A DNA stretch of 64,000 nucleotides from Octopus sinensis (taxonomy: Eukaryota): assembly GCF_006345805.1 (NCBI RefSeq), contig NC_043004.1:34968001-35032000 (forward strand), written 5' to 3'. The notes under the pieces are model-generated. The model saw nothing but the letters and a program-made list of their open reading frames with translations. It had not been told where the DNA came from and did no database searches. The translations under genes were made by a program, and so were the position numbers. Positions 37,606-52,324 of this stretch are shown here, piece by piece; the stretch's first letter is position 1, and the number at the start of each line of letters is the position of its first letter.

Positions 37606-40600
37606 GAGTATGATAATGATGATGGTGATGGTGATATATTGCATTAATTTGATAATGTCGTAATTAGTGTTGTTAATTTTGTTAAAGACAAAGTTGACTT
37701 TGCTAGGATTGGAACACAGAACCCGGAGAACTGAAGTGAAGATTGTAAAGCATTTCAAGTGACATCTTTATGACTTACTGCCAATATAACACAACACAAA
37801 CATACACATGCACGCACACACACAAACATACACATTCACACACACACAACTGAATTTGATTTAATTACGTTTGTGAGGAAAAGTTTGGGTTTATACAAAA
37901 TCAGTTCCTTTTGTGGATGTTACTCCAACAATAATGTAGAAGGGAAACCCTCAGTTGTTGTTATTTACTGTAAATCTTTTAAGAACCATAAAATTTAGTT
38001 GAGACAGTTTGTTAGAATTTGACACATTTCCCAACTCTCCTTTATTGGGTTTATTTTCTTCAGAAATAATATCCAACTGTTTAGGGGGGAATTTTTATAC
38101 TCATGTGTCTGTTTATCTGATCACTCACTGACTCTGTGGAAATCTTATTAGTTTTAATCAAAGTTTGTGCCAACATAAGTAGGAGAACCAAACAACAAGT
38201 GGTTAGTTCTTCCTCATAAGGACATTATAATTTTCTAAGTGGTGCCACAGATACGATACAAACTTCATTTGGAATAGAATTTATCCAAAGAATGGTGTGA
38301 TAGGGGGAAAAAAATATAAGAAGTTGACCATTGCATAAAAAGTTGACAATTATGGCTTCTACTCTGGACATATTTTCACAAAGACCAAAATGAATTTATT
38401 TTCAACAGTGCTACATCTAATAAATCAAAGCTGCAGTCACTATTGTCCTCCAATGTAATTAAATTTATTCATTTTCAGCATCAATTTTTGCAGACAAAAT
38501 ATTATAAAAGACTCAGTGATGGTTTTCATAACTTACAAAGTGGATGTGAAGTTATTGTTTCATTGAGGGTGGAGGTTGAAGACGTGTAGGAGACAGTCAT
38601 TGATGGTACTTCTTTTGACAGCTATCTCCTTTCTTAGAACCCACCGATAGACACTGACAAAAGAAATCACTACAAGGCATACTGATCTGCTGGAAACAAT
38701 AGCCAAAACACTCTCAAATTACATCTTCCTGTCAGTAAGAAGTGTTATTAAATGTACCCCCTAAAAAAATGCCCAAATAGTCATGAAGGAAATATCTTTG
38801 ATCAGAAATCTGTTTTAGAAGGTCTTACTCACGGTTAAACAACAATATCAACAATCAACTGCTCAGATTTTTTTCCTTACTGGCTCCCATGTTGAGCAAT
38901 GACATCACATGGTACCTATTTACAGCAAGACTGAGATATTTATGACTTCAATGACTTATTAAAGTACAAACATTCATTATTACATAAATATCAGATACTG
39001 ATCTTCAACTATTAATGACTCAGTGAGCCACATGTAGAGTGAGCCCCATGTGGAAACTAGAAGTATTCAGAGTTACTTTCCTTTCTAAATCTGTCTTAAT
39101 TGTTGTTTTTTAGCTCTGATTATATAATTAAAGGCACTCCAAAAGTAACCACCTTGCCTTTTATTCATGTATCTTACAGTGTACTTCCTACTTGAAAATA
39201 ATAATATGTGATTTGTTGGAAATTTGGTTCTTATTTCTGCCAGATATAGTGGCTAGTAATAGCTTCATTCTGGACTTATTCCATACAATACCAGTAATTT
39301 ATTCAGACAGTTTTTACCTAGGACCACATCATTGAAAGTTTTCTTCTTGTTTTAAGGTGATAGTGTTATTCGAAGGAGATTTGCCTGTTAATTCTAGCAG
39401 GTTGAGCAACCCAACAGATTGCTGCCTCATTAGTCTGTTCTTTTCTTAGTTAATCCATTTGATGAAAGACAATCAATAGAATTATTTGATCTTTCATGAT
39501 CAGAGATATCTAATAAAGGGTGATCACTTCTATTGACCTATTTGCAGCTAGATTACATTAGAAGTTACTTTCCATGTCTCAGCCACAACCAAATACAACT
39601 TCAAAATGGGAAATATTTTTTTTATATATGTTTTTCTTTTATTTTCATTTTTATTTACTATTGGCCATTTTATTTCAATACCTGTTAACTGAGACCAAAC
39701 TTGTTTTTCAAATGACCACCTTGTTGCTGGAATATTTTAATCTTTTCTAAGCATCATTTTGCTTTCTGCAATATCTTCAGATGTTGCTGAATGTGAGAAA
39801 GGAAGGGGGGTAAAATCAATACTGTTCTTTTATAGTTTTATGTATTTTTTTTCTTTATTATTTAAATGTTCTGGAAAGTATTTCTTAGGATGGGTTGAAC
39901 ATTTTCAACAGCTTTATCAGAAGTCTTCTGATCTTGAGATTTTTAAGACCAAAACATATATAGGTTTGCTTTCCATTCACAATTCACTTTAGCTTCAAAG
40001 GTGTTGCTTCGTTTGAGCATTGATTAAACAATGTGTTTATAGATTTTGTTAGAAGATGTGGTATTGGTATTGTTGGTTTTCCAGGAATATTTAAATTCTT
40101 GTTAAGTTCAATGATACTACGTAGTTATTGTTGTTGTTGTTGATATTTATGTTTGTGCTATATTTATTGTTTATTTTTATCCAGATAATTCAGTAAGTAA
40201 CTCACCTGCGTTACGCACAATGTTCAGCTACGGCTGTTGTGATTTATATTCCATTGATTATAGCAGACCAGAAGACATCATTATTATGCATTACAATTCG
40301 GTTAACGATATTGTTAGTTTTGCAACTCTGGGATTTTCTTTTTTCTTTTGCATCAAAGATTCATTTGGTTTGACTACAATTAATCGTAATTGTATAAGTT
40401 TGCTATAACTTTAAAGCAGTGAATATTGTGGTTTATGGTGTTCTAGTAGGATATATTTTCTTGTTTCATGCAAACTCATCTCGGCTTGTTTTATGCATTC
40501 TTCACTGTTCCCCAGATTTTTTGCAGGTATTTGTAGAAGCAATCTTTTTCTACTTTCACTATTTTTTACAATCATCAACACATAACATTACTCTCAAGCT

Positions 40601-42619
40601 ACATCATTCACAAAAAAAAATTCAAATTAAATATTTATCCTATGTTTCTATAGTTGCAAAAATGTTGTTCATTTAATGACATTCAAGGTATCAGACATGT
40701 CTACAACCACACATCATGCATAAGTGATGTCTAATTGAAAAAAAATTACATTTCTGTAAACAATTCAAATAGATTTTCAAAACAATTCTACCAATGATAT
40801 TCTTGAACAATAAAAGGACACATCTGTTTCACACAAATTATAAATTAAATTTAATTTACTGTAAAACAACAAACTAAAACTAAAATACTTATAGTTTTAT
40901 TACAGAAGAATTGCTAATTTTGTCAATTTTAGGCATCTTAAAAACAATATTTCTTGACCCTAAGTCAGTTGTCTTCAGTTTTGTTCCAGGAATCCTTTTG
41001 TTTCAAGCAATGCACTATGATTTGAACTAAGTTCTCTGAGAGTTTCAAGAATGATCTAATTTAGCTTTTATATTCCTGTAGCAGTTTCTCAATATAAATC
41101 TCTTAATCCTGTTAGATACCAGAAATTTTGATGTAATGTAGTTTGTCCAGTTTAAAAATCATAAAAATATAGCTTTTGCAGGAATTTGGATGAAACTTGC
41201 TGACACAATAAGTTATTACGATCATTGATGTTTATAGTGAATGTAAGTTTTACCTGTTGTCTTATCACTTTCACCTGCCCATGTATGTTGAATACAATTA
41301 TTTACAAGTAAGTGTTGTCATATATATTTATAAGATATCAGTTACTTGGCTTTGTTTTCCCAATAAATAAATAATGAATGAACAAACCATTAATAAATAA
41401 GGTCACCAAATTCTAACTCATCACTTATTAACCACCATTATGCCTGAAAATAGAGACAAGAAAAAATCAGAGAAAGTTAGAAAATACAAAAAACAAACAA
41501 ACAATGTATACCATAATTTTTTATAAAATGAGGCTAGACTCTGTTTTTCCAAAGAAAAATGCTTAGTTTTAGGATTTGATCCTCAAACAACAATGCTATT
41601 TGAATTTTTGCTTCATGAGGTTTATGATTTGGCAATCAGTGTAAATATATGTGATAAAGAATTAATCTTTTTTCCTCATCTTATAACCAGTACCATGCAT
41701 ATCCTGGTTATAAAATAGGTACACTCCATCGCTGGAAGAGGTATTAAAATGGTTAGTTACAGAAAGGGCAGTGCAGCCTTCAAAAAACTTTCCAACTCAT
41801 GGCAACAGAAAAAAAAGACCCATGGTGAAGTGTTTCATATAAATACTTATTCTCCACTTGCCATAAACCTAATGTATTTAAATCTAGAGTATGTAAGAAA
41901 TTAGAAATGGTAGCTATTGAAAGGTTCCAACTGATAGCTGTCTTGAAACTTGGAAGCAAATAAAATAACAATTGAGGATTATTTTTTTTCTTTCTGTTTT
42001 TGTTCCTTATTCAAACACAACATAAGCTTCTTCAGAAATTTGAACTTATGATCTATTGACGACTGTTTCTATACAGTATTCATCCATTAATTCATCATTG
42101 TCATTTATGCAACAGACATTCACTGAAAGAGAAACGGTTGCAGTGAAAATGTGCAGAAAGAAAATAAAATCATTTTCCCTTTCGGTGCCTCTCCTCCTCC
42201 TCCTCCACCTCCTCTCATCTCCCCCTTCACTATTTCTGCGGCAAGATAACATTTTATTTGCATGTCCTAATTTAGTTTTCATTTACAGTTCAATGATGAC
42301 ATTTGGAATTTTCATGTGAAGTGAGAAAAAATAAAGAAACTTGTTGTTGTTGTTGTTATTATCATTATTATTATAATCATCATCATCATCATCATTATTA
42401 TTATTATTACTATCATTATTGAAATACAAAAAAGAAATATAAACTATTTATAATCAAATTCCATCTGTCAACCATCAATGTGCCATACAACTGCTATGAA
42501 CTGTTTTCTCTAATACTGTTACCTGATCTTTCCAGCATTTTATCCTTGGCATCAACAAATAATTAGAATAAATATAATTTTTTTTAATTACTTGTCATTT
42601 TTTGCTAATGGATTGAATA

Positions 42620-42642
42620 ATAATAATACTAATAATAATAAC

Positions 42643-42686
<44 letters not shown>

Positions 42687-42815
42687 ATGGTAATAATAAT
42701 AATTACAACAGTAAAAACTAAAATGGTGATTGTTATAGTAATGATATGATATTAACAATACAAATAACAATAACAGCAACAATAGCAGCACTAACAACAA
42801 AACCAATATTAATAA
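42620..42815. repeat. (AAT)n-rich low-complexity tract
   Basis: Directly visible. Confidence 0.9.
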
Positions 42816-45586
42816 AAAAAAATAACATTATTGTCAAATATTATTTACAGTAAAATTTCCTATAATTTTATTTCCTGTTTTTTGTTTTTGTTTTTATCTA
42901 AACAACATATTTGTTTTCAGGTTTTTGCTTTTCTTTTTTATTGAAATAGTTTTTCTCTGTTTACATAGCTGCATTCTAATCTATGGCAGCTATTCAAATG
43001 CAGTTTACATATTATTAAAATATTCCATCTGAATAGAATTCAAAATAACAGTTGAAAAATAAATATATTCCTTTCTTTTTGCTTTTTTTCCCTTTAATAA
43101 TGAACTTTTTTCTTTGTCAACACAGTGGATTATTTTTCTTTACCTGCAATGATGGATTCGCAATGTCTACAAATTTATAAAATGTATTTCATTACACATT
43201 TGATGTAGGTGGGTATTTTTTTCATTAATTTTGTCAATAGGGCTTTGCAATTGATTTTGTTGTGACCATATGAAACACTGAAAGATTTTGTGAAATAAAG
43301 AATTGTGAATGAAAAAATGAAATTCATATTTGCATTTCTAGAAATGATTTCCGAATCATAGAACATTGCTAGCAAAGAGTTAAAATGAATTCTTTGATAC
43401 AACTTTGATATTAACAAAACATCTCTCTTGCAACTTGTATCATATTCTAATAAGGAATGTCACCACTTCATCATTTTACAACCACTTCCATCCTGATCTG
43501 AGTTGGATAAGTTACCATTGTCAGAGTCAGTACATATTCAAAGAGACTGCAGCTGCTCATCTAGATAAATCAAGGGTTCTCATTTTGCCCATATTTCATT
43601 TTTGGCTTAGTTTTTATGGTTAGATGTCCTTCTTAAATCAACCATTTTTTTAGAGAGTAGTGGGTATTCTTTCGTAGTACCAACATTAGAGAGGGGTCCT
43701 CATAGTCTTACACTTTACAGAGGGGACTGGGTATGTTTTCCATGACAACGGCACTGAGAGGTTGTCATGTCTTCAACATAGTTAAAAGGGCCTTATGACT
43801 GCATGTCTCTGCTCAAGCATCTCTCCTCTTTTCAAAGTGAGAAGCACAAGTGATAGTGATGAGAGGGATGAGTGATAGTGAAAGAAGTAATAAGAGGACT
43901 CAGTATTCTGAGTTAGGTTTGTATGTACAAGAACAAAGACTGAGATGGCAGGGAGGCAACGGAAGTCTATGTGACTCAGAGATTAGAATGATGACAGTGA
44001 CAGAAATGAAATACAAGAATCTGGTAGACAAAGTGAGACAGGGTGATGACAGACAGTACAAGAGGAGAAGGCGAAGGTAGAGTGAACTGTGTACAAGTGG
44101 TCCACTGCAGTGCACCCCCCCCCCACACACACACACACTGGGGATGAGATGGGCAGGGGTGGGGGGTCAAGTCAGAAGAGTAGTGGCAAGGGAATGGAAA
44201 CTAAGTGGCAGAAAGGAGTAATGGTGAAAGGGTAGAATAGGTGCAATGGCATCCTTAGTTACTCTAATTGGAAGCAACGTATGGCAAATCGAAGAGGTCC
44301 ACTACTATCCTCAATCACACTAGAAACATTGACCAGTGTCAACTGAGAAAAGGAGAGAGTGATTGATGACCTATGTTCAACAAGAAACAAGTTGCTATAT
44401 CAGTCTTCTCCCAAACATCAACTTAGTTTTTGTTACAATTCTTTATCATCTTTTTTATAAGACTCAACCTCCTGCAATCAAACTTGAACCTTATTTCCTC
44501 ATTTTTCCGCCTGTATTCCTCTTTGGCAAGTTCTTTCCACTTGGATCTTTTGGCACTTCTTTATTCAATTGTCATTTTCCATATTCATCTCTTGTCCATT
44601 TCAATACAGTTTTCTGTCTGGTACACTACATCTGATTCAACTTATATCTAGATTTTCTTTCAACATATTTATACTCCATTATTGATACATCATTAACATG
44701 GCACATCATCATCCTCATCACCACCACCACCACCACCACCACCATCATCATTGTTGTGGCTGTTGTTTTAATGTCTACTTTTCCATGTTTGCAAGGGTCA
44801 GATAGAGTTAATTGAGGCAGATTTTCTAAGACAGGATGCCTTTCCTCTCACCAACCCTTATCTGTTTCCAAGTAAGTTAGTATTTCTCCATGGTGAGTGA
44901 CATGTTTTTACAGGATATTGGAAATGAATTACACTGTTTGTATTATGATGACACTCGTTTAAAACAATGATGTAATGTCAAAACCAGGGGACACACACAA
45001 CCCACATATCTATATATATGATAGGCTTCTTTTGGTTTCTACCGACTCCACTGAGAAGACTTTGATTGGCCTGGGGTTATAGTGGAAGACAGTTGGCACA
45101 AGATGCAACATAGTTGTAGGGGAGCAAACTACTAAACCACCCAGCCACACCTGGTACAACTTAATATAATAACAATATGTAAACCTACTGTTTAACAATT
45201 ATTTAACAATGATATTTCTAAAACGTTGTGATTAACATAACTAACCACAGAGACAAACTGTCTGTTGTTCACACAGCCATCAGGAATTGGTAATATCTAC
45301 CTAAAGACATGCCAGTACCAAAAGATAAGATGAAAGTACTTTGCAACAGACACTGAAAATGGAAACATTCTGAAAATAAAACCTAAATTGAAAAAGTTAG
45401 ATTTCTTTCAAATAAATCTTTGATGTCTTAGTTTTTTGTAATTAAAAATAAATTAAATTTTCTTTTCCTAGAATATTCTGTTGTAATTAATTAGTTGTTG
45501 TTTAGTCCATACCAGTCCCAATTAAGCAGACCTATGATCAAAAGGTATTTTGACGATAATCACCCTGTCATTTATTTAGACATTGC

Positions 45587-45720
45587 AGGCACGTAGCCTA
45601 ATGGTTAGGGTGTTCAGCTCACAAACATAATGTCATGCATTCAATCCCTGGACTGGGCACTGTATTGTCACCTTGAGCAAGACACTTCATTTCATGTTGC
45701 TTCAATCTACTCAGCTACAA
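45587..45720 (+). mobile_element. tRNA/CORE-type SINE fragment (another family)
   Basis: A box TAGCCTAATGG, B-box-like TTCAATCCC, CORE-like CCTTGAGCAAGACACTT. Confidence 0.55.
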
Positions 45721-46354
45721 ACAGACACGAGCCTAATGCTGGTGAAGTTGTCTCACCCTTTATTTGTTGTATCCTGGATGTAACACTGAATCAAGAATGA
45801 GAGAGTTAAGAGATCGTTTGTCTGCCCTTGGCTACATGGACACCAAAGATGGGAAGTAAAAGCTTGGTACATGTCACCAAGTTGTACACATTTGTAACTG
45901 ACCATTGGCTCTCTTTTGTGTTTGCTTTATTAATTAGGACCACATCATCAACATATTGTTTCTTTTCTAAGATAGCAGTGTTTGACTTTAGGGAGATTGG
46001 GGTGATATTTCTAGCAGGTCAAGCTACAGCATAGAGAATTTCTCTCTGGTTTGTAATTAACCTGTAAGTAAAGTGAAAGACTCTTAGCATCACTGTAAAT
46101 AAAATCTTGTAATATATGACATTTGGTTTACAGGAACATCAAATATATTTGGCAAAAACTAGTTTCATTTTCTTAACTCCATTTTATATAAATACAGCAA
46201 CATTTTTGTAAGAGTAAAAGTCGATGGTGATGGTTTCTAGCCTTGACTTCAACTCCATGACCAGAAGTGAAAATAGATCCCAACCCATCTGTGTTATCAC
46301 TAAGCCTTCAGGAAGTAATGCCCCTCAAATCACTTTAAAAAAGAGATATTAGAT

Positions 46355-46704
46355 CAGTGATTCTCAACTAGGGTTCATATGACCTTAGGGGTCCATATCA
46401 GAATTTTGGAGTCCATGCAAGCAAAACAGCAAAATAGATATCACAATAGTATTTTAAGGGCCCACAAAAACATTTCGTACAAGACGAATTTATATATAAC
46501 AAGAAACAGGTTCGTTTCTCTAATGTTTTACATAATTCACCATGTTTTTCTGGCCACTGAAACAGATTCTCTCAGTGAGGCTTTTTCAAACCCACACAGG
46601 TGAGCGAGTGAAAAAGATAGGAATCTTGAGTCTTTTAAACATAGAATGGCTATGAAATAGCAATCAAAGGAGCCCATAGGCAAAAAATGGTTGAAAAACC
46701 ATTG
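46355..46704. mobile_element. hAT (Charlie/MER5-like) MITE
   Basis: TIRs CAGTGATTCTCAAC / GTTGAAAAACCATTG; imperfect 8-bp TSD TATTAGAT / CATTCGAT. Confidence 0.7.
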
Positions 46705-47601
46705 CATTCGATATCGTAGTCTTGAACTTAGAAAATGACAGCATGGTCAGATTTGGATTGCTTTTAGCTATGAGTCTGTTTGATCAGAGCTGAACTAGGA
46801 CTACATCCCAACAGCAACAAAATATCAATAGATACCTCTGATCATGAAAAATCAAATAAAGACAACTGTCAAAGGAAGAATTCTCAAGCATTCCATTCCA
46901 TTTTGATCAATCGTTGGCTTGTTGGCTTTTTTTTTTTTTGTTTCTTTTCACCACATCTCAACATGTTTTCCCAATAATTTGATGTTGTATTTTCAGACAT
47001 TTAGTAGCATATTGCTTTTGATATTTATTGCTTTGTTTTGTGAAATTAATTTGCAGTGCACTTGTATTCAGTATGTGGAATGCTATCTGAATATCAATGA
47101 AATATTAATTGGAGTGCTCCTACTTCCCACTCCGTTACAACATGAAAACAAAATACTGTAAATTAAAAAATCCTAAAACTGCTTCAATGAAAGAATTGTT
47201 GAGATGAAGAATTTAATTTGTGAAAATTTCACACATTGTCACAGAAACCCTTCTTCAGGGCAGTTTACAATTATTGTGTTTCCTTTTTTGCACGATTAAA
47301 TATTTCAGAAAAGACCATTGAGAATAATGCATTATGGCTGTGGAAAATTCTAAAAAATAAAATGCTGCCAGGAAAAATAAATATTGTTGACTTTATTATT
47401 TTTTTTTTTGTATTGTTTTCCTGTGAATATTTATTTTTTATGTAAATATGATGTAACTAAATGTGCTGAAAATTATGAAATTAATTCTAACGATATTCAA
47501 TAAAAGTGGAGAAAGTGTTTGTTGCTTAGTTTCTGTGGAATAAATTGTTGGTTATAAAAATACACAGAGTGACATATAGATGCATACACACATACATTCA
47601 T

Positions 47602-47649
<48 letters not shown>

Positions 47650-48264
47650 TCATACATCCACATATGCATGCTTACATACATACATAGATATATATGTACA
47701 GTCTCACACACACAAATATATATATGTGAACTAATGCACACTTTTTTAGTGTTCAGGTGAAATGGTTTACACAACTTTGAATATCTGCCTAGTGTTTTGA
47801 TAACTAGATTCAACTTTTATGACAGACAGTTTTGTTGTGATATAGGAGTAACAACTCTCAGTTAACAAGTGAGTTAAAGGACATATTTTAAGAAAATAGG
47901 GTGTGATTTGAAGAAAATATGGCTGCTACATCTAGCATGTAAAAGAACCATACACAGGCTACCTCATTGGTTTATATACTTGTGTGCATAGACAAGAGAT
48001 CTGAAAAATATATTACTTGCTTTATTTAAAATCCAACACATCAACAGCTGTTTTAATAATTTATAAAATATTAAACAGCTGATAAACTGTAAATAACTAG
48101 CAGTATATTAATTAATTAATTAATTAATTACACATATAATGTGTGAAGGTATGAGAATAATGTCTAAAAGTATCTTTTATCCGTTACTTGTTCCAGTTTT
48201 TGGACTCTGGTATGTTGGGGCATCATCTTGAAGGATTTTGACTCAGCAAATGGACTCCAGTATT

Positions 48265-49008
48265 TACATTTTAAATACTGGCTCTTAATCTGTTAGTCTC
48301 TCTTACTGAACCGCTAAGTTATGGGGATGTAAACACTCCAACATCGATTGTCAAGCAGTGGGGATTAGTTGGGATACAAATAAGAGCACACACACTCACG
48401 CACCCACATGCACACAAACACAAACACACATGCACACACACACACAAGTATATGAAAATCTTCCATACAGTTTCCATCACCAAATACAGTCTCAAGAATT
48501 GATTGGCTTTGGGCTAGAAGATACTTGCCCAAGGTGCCATGCAGTGGGATTGAACCCCAAAGCCATTCCATTGCAAAGTGTGACCTTCTTAAACACACAA
48601 CCGACATCTCTCTTTTCTCTTTTACTTATTTCAGTCATTAGACTGCAGCCATACTGTGAGAATTGATATCTGTGTATGTGTGTGTGTGTGAAGAATTTTT
48701 TAGTTGACTGAATCGACCCAGTACTTCTTTTAAGCCTGGAACTTATTCTATCATTCTCTTTTGATGAACTCTTAAGTTATGGGAACATAAACACACCAAC
48801 ACCGTTTGTCAAGTGATGGCAGGGGACAAACATACACACATATGAAGGGGCTTCTTTCAGTTTCTATATATCAAATCCACTCAGAAGGCTTTGGTTAGCC
48901 TGAGGCTATAGTAGAAGACACTAGCCCTAGGTGCTAAGCAATGAGACTGAACCTGGAACCATGTGGTTGTGAAGCAAGCTTCTTACCACATAGCCATGTC
49001 TGCTCCTA
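48265..49008 (-). mobile_element. Two tandem decayed SINE family A copies (about 48265-48610 and 48640-49008)
   Basis: Reverse-complement matches, e.g. GAACCGCTAAGTTATGGGGATGTAAACAC and GAAGACACT(T/A)GCCC. Confidence 0.7.
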
Positions 49009-50432
49009 TGAGGTAAACGTTTCAAGAAGTTTGCGAGAAAAATCTTTCTTGAATACAAAATTAGTGAAATGATCTCTGGTGGCGAATGTTATCTTCCGAC
49101 TGAAAGATAACAAAATAACTTACGATATTTTTCCATAACAATCTACTTTGAAGTATGATATCTGAAAAAGGTTTTCTTTAAATCTGTATTAGAAAATATT
49201 TCTTGTCAGCTTTACATAGAATCAATTCTAGTTCTGATGTTCTTTGGTGAGCAACATAATCTAAAGTTTATGTCAATTCTGTATGAATAAGTTTTGTTGG
49301 TGTTGAAAGCAGAGCATATTCATTCTGGCAGGATTCAGAAATCCTGATATCTAGCCATTAATAAGATCAGTGTTTTATTGGACAAATCGGAATTGGTGAA
49401 CTTCATCTTTTTTCCAAACTCATTTCTGCTTCTTATGGAAGTTTATTGTTTCTCATTTGGAGATCTTTTATGCTTTTGACATCTAAAATTTAGTTTTATG
49501 GTCCACTGTTAGGTTGTCTCAAACAAATTGTTTTTACCATTGATGAGAGAGATGGGGAGAGAGAGAAAGAGACCAGAATAGAGAGGTGGAAGAGAATAAC
49601 CTAAACTGTTAGAAGCTAGAATAATTTAGAAAGTCTTGAGATGAACAGAAACTTCAAAGATTAGTGATTCTTAGAATGAAAAAAAAAATGAAAGACTGCA
49701 AGTAATCTGCAGCACAAGCATGCTGAGATACCAGTGGATTGGTATTGTGAAACTGATTAGGAAATGTAATGAGATGCTGCAGAAATTCTGATTGGACTTA
49801 GTGGACTGTGATGAGCAAATTACTTTAGACAAGACACAGGTAAAGTAGAGCAAGGCTGCATATAGCATAATGGGTGGCCAAAAACTGAATGGTTCTTTAA
49901 AATATATAACTGATTATTATTGATGTGTGTGGTTATATTCTGAAGGTAGAATAAGCTATGCTTGTTTAAAAACTGAATTATTCAAGATATGTAAACAAAA
50001 TTCAGTATCATGACATACATACTTATAAACCATGCCAGGAGTCAATTGTTGCTCAGAGATAAAATATACATAAATAAGCATTGTAAGGAGCTAAAAGCTA
50101 AAAGGGCTGAAATATTGTTTGCCCATAGAAATGAGTAGGATATATGCTCTCTAGAACTGATCTTTAGAGTTGAGGGTCTTTGATAGATATAATGAGGTTT
50201 CTTTTATGGTGGCATGTGTTTATGAAAATAAATATTTCATGATGATCACGGTATAGTTTCAACTTATGGACTGTGATCTGTCTCCAAGTAACCTAACATC
50301 ACGACTGTGCCTCGTAGGTTCACATGCAGTGTGAAGAGTATTTTTAGTTCAATCATTAAGACGACAGTTAAGTATAAAAAGAGTCAATATTTTATGAGTC
50401 AGCCCTAAATATAGCTTTGCTGCATTTGTTAA

Positions 50433-50802
50433 TCTCTCTATATATAAAGCTGAAGTTTTCTGTGTATGGCAGGTTTGGTAGCCTTCAACTAACACTATCT
50501 CCTTTGAGACCCTGCAGTGCAAGTTGACCAAAATTGAGAATACGATAGAAGAAGGCTTGCTCTTCCTTCCGTAGAAGAAAAAAATTAAAATTGGACCATG
50601 TTAACACCAAAAATTATTTACATCAAAAAGGTGCTTTTTTCTATGAAAATCGCTATCTTTTACGATTTTTCGGTGTATTTCAACCAGAAAAATGTTCACT
50701 TAAAGAGAATAGCAAGCTACATAATGCAAAACTTTTACTTTTCAAAAATTCCAATTCTAAAGGGTCAAAACAAACTCAAGCAATGGCAGGCGATACTGCT
50801 AG
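50433..50802 (+). mobile_element. Non-autonomous Helitron-like element
   Basis: Starts A|TCTCTCTATATATAAAG and ends GCAATGGCAGGCGATACTGCTAG|T: TC...CTAG termini at an AT target, no TSD. Confidence 0.65.
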
Positions 50803-51150
50803 TGTCATATAACCTCACAATAAATAATTAACATTCAAGCCTGCCGGGGTGCAGTGTAAGGGGGCAAATGTTTTAGCCATTCTGCAATTCTGCAGTGAAA
50901 TTATGTTTACTGGATAACAGAAGGATATAACCATTAGTTTTATTAGTCAAGACATATCTCAAATGGCTCGCTATTGATTGCTGTGGTAATTACGTTTGCT
51001 ATTAATCAAGTAGGCCATTGGTAGCTCTAACTTTTAATGATGTTCTTTTTACTGCAATAAATTAATTAGCAGAAATATGGTTGTCTCTTCAAAGTAAGTG
51101 ATTTCTATAAAATTGAGAAGATTTATTTTAAGTAATGAAACACTAAAAAA

Positions 51151-51188
<38 letters not shown>

Positions 51189-51827
51189 CACACACATATA
51201 TGTATATACATATATACAAACACACACATGCATATATATATATGTGTTCGTGTGTGTACATATATACTCATATACATATGTGCATATATATATATACATA
51301 CATATACACATATATGCGCTTGTATGTATGTGTATATATAAAGATACACACATAAATATGCGCATGTATGTATGTGTACATACATACATATATATATATA
51401 TAACATATAAACAATTAGTCAAGAACAATAGGCTAAGCATGTCTCTTATTGTTAATAGAAACTATGTAAGTTGTATGTAATTGATAATAAATCAACTGAC
51501 GGTGCCAACAACAATAAACATTTCTAATACATTATCTGGACATTCAAGGGCAGAAATTTGGCAGAAATAGCAGAATGATAAAGTAAATACTTTTTAATGT
51601 TTCACTCCATTAATCTACAATCAGAGTTTAATCTCATCAATATTTACCCTTCAACCAATTAGTAGCGGAACCAACCATGAACTGGTACTGTTGCTCACTC
51701 AAAATACCAGATTGCTTCTTAAAAATTTTATGCTGTTGTGACATAGTAGACTACTCTACTTTCTATTAAGTACCTATCATCCTCCTCATCATCATCATTG
51801 TCATCGTCATTATTATCATGAAGACAG

Positions 51828-52180
51828 CAAGCTGGCAGAAATGTTACCGCACTGGAAAAACTACTTATAGACATTTTTTCCAACTTTATGTTCTGAGTTC
51901 AAATGCTGTCAAGGTTGACTTTGGCATTCATTCTTTTACAGTTGCTAAAATAAGTACCAGCTGTGAACTGGGGTTGATGTTTATTGACTTATACTCTTCC
52001 CTGAAATTGCTGGCCTTGTGCCACAATTTGAAATCATTATTATTATTATCATCACAGTTCTCAAACTGATTATATGTTGATATCTTTTGATCGGGAGCTG
52101 GTCATAACTAACAACAATGGATCCTCGCACCTTTCTCATTCCAGATACATTGACAGTACTCTTCTCAAAACCACTAACTT

Positions 52181-52216
<36 letters not shown>

Positions 52217-52312
52217 CTCTACTACTATAGGCACAAGATCTGAAATTTGGGGGAAGGAGTAAGTCGATTACAGCGATTCCAGTGCTCAAATGGTGCTTAA
52301 TTTATCAAACCC
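51828..52312. mobile_element. Tail-to-tail pair of family B SINEs around (ATT)/(AAT) tracts
   Basis: + copy 51828-52035 and - partial copy 52216-52312. Confidence 0.75.
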
Positions 52313-52324
52313 TAAAGATCTCAC

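Noticed and set aside
39950-40600. Coding-like minus-strand stretch, possibly a retroelement relic
   Set aside because: Stops in all frames and no diagnostic motif; cannot be assigned. The same holds for about 1100-1450 and 6050-6700.
42046-42121. Possible minus-strand terminal exon (NVCCINDNDELMDEYCIETVVNRS*) after a strong acceptor
   Set aside because: Short, no recognisable homology, and no reliable upstream exon; a similar case at 49100-49010 is equally unsupported.
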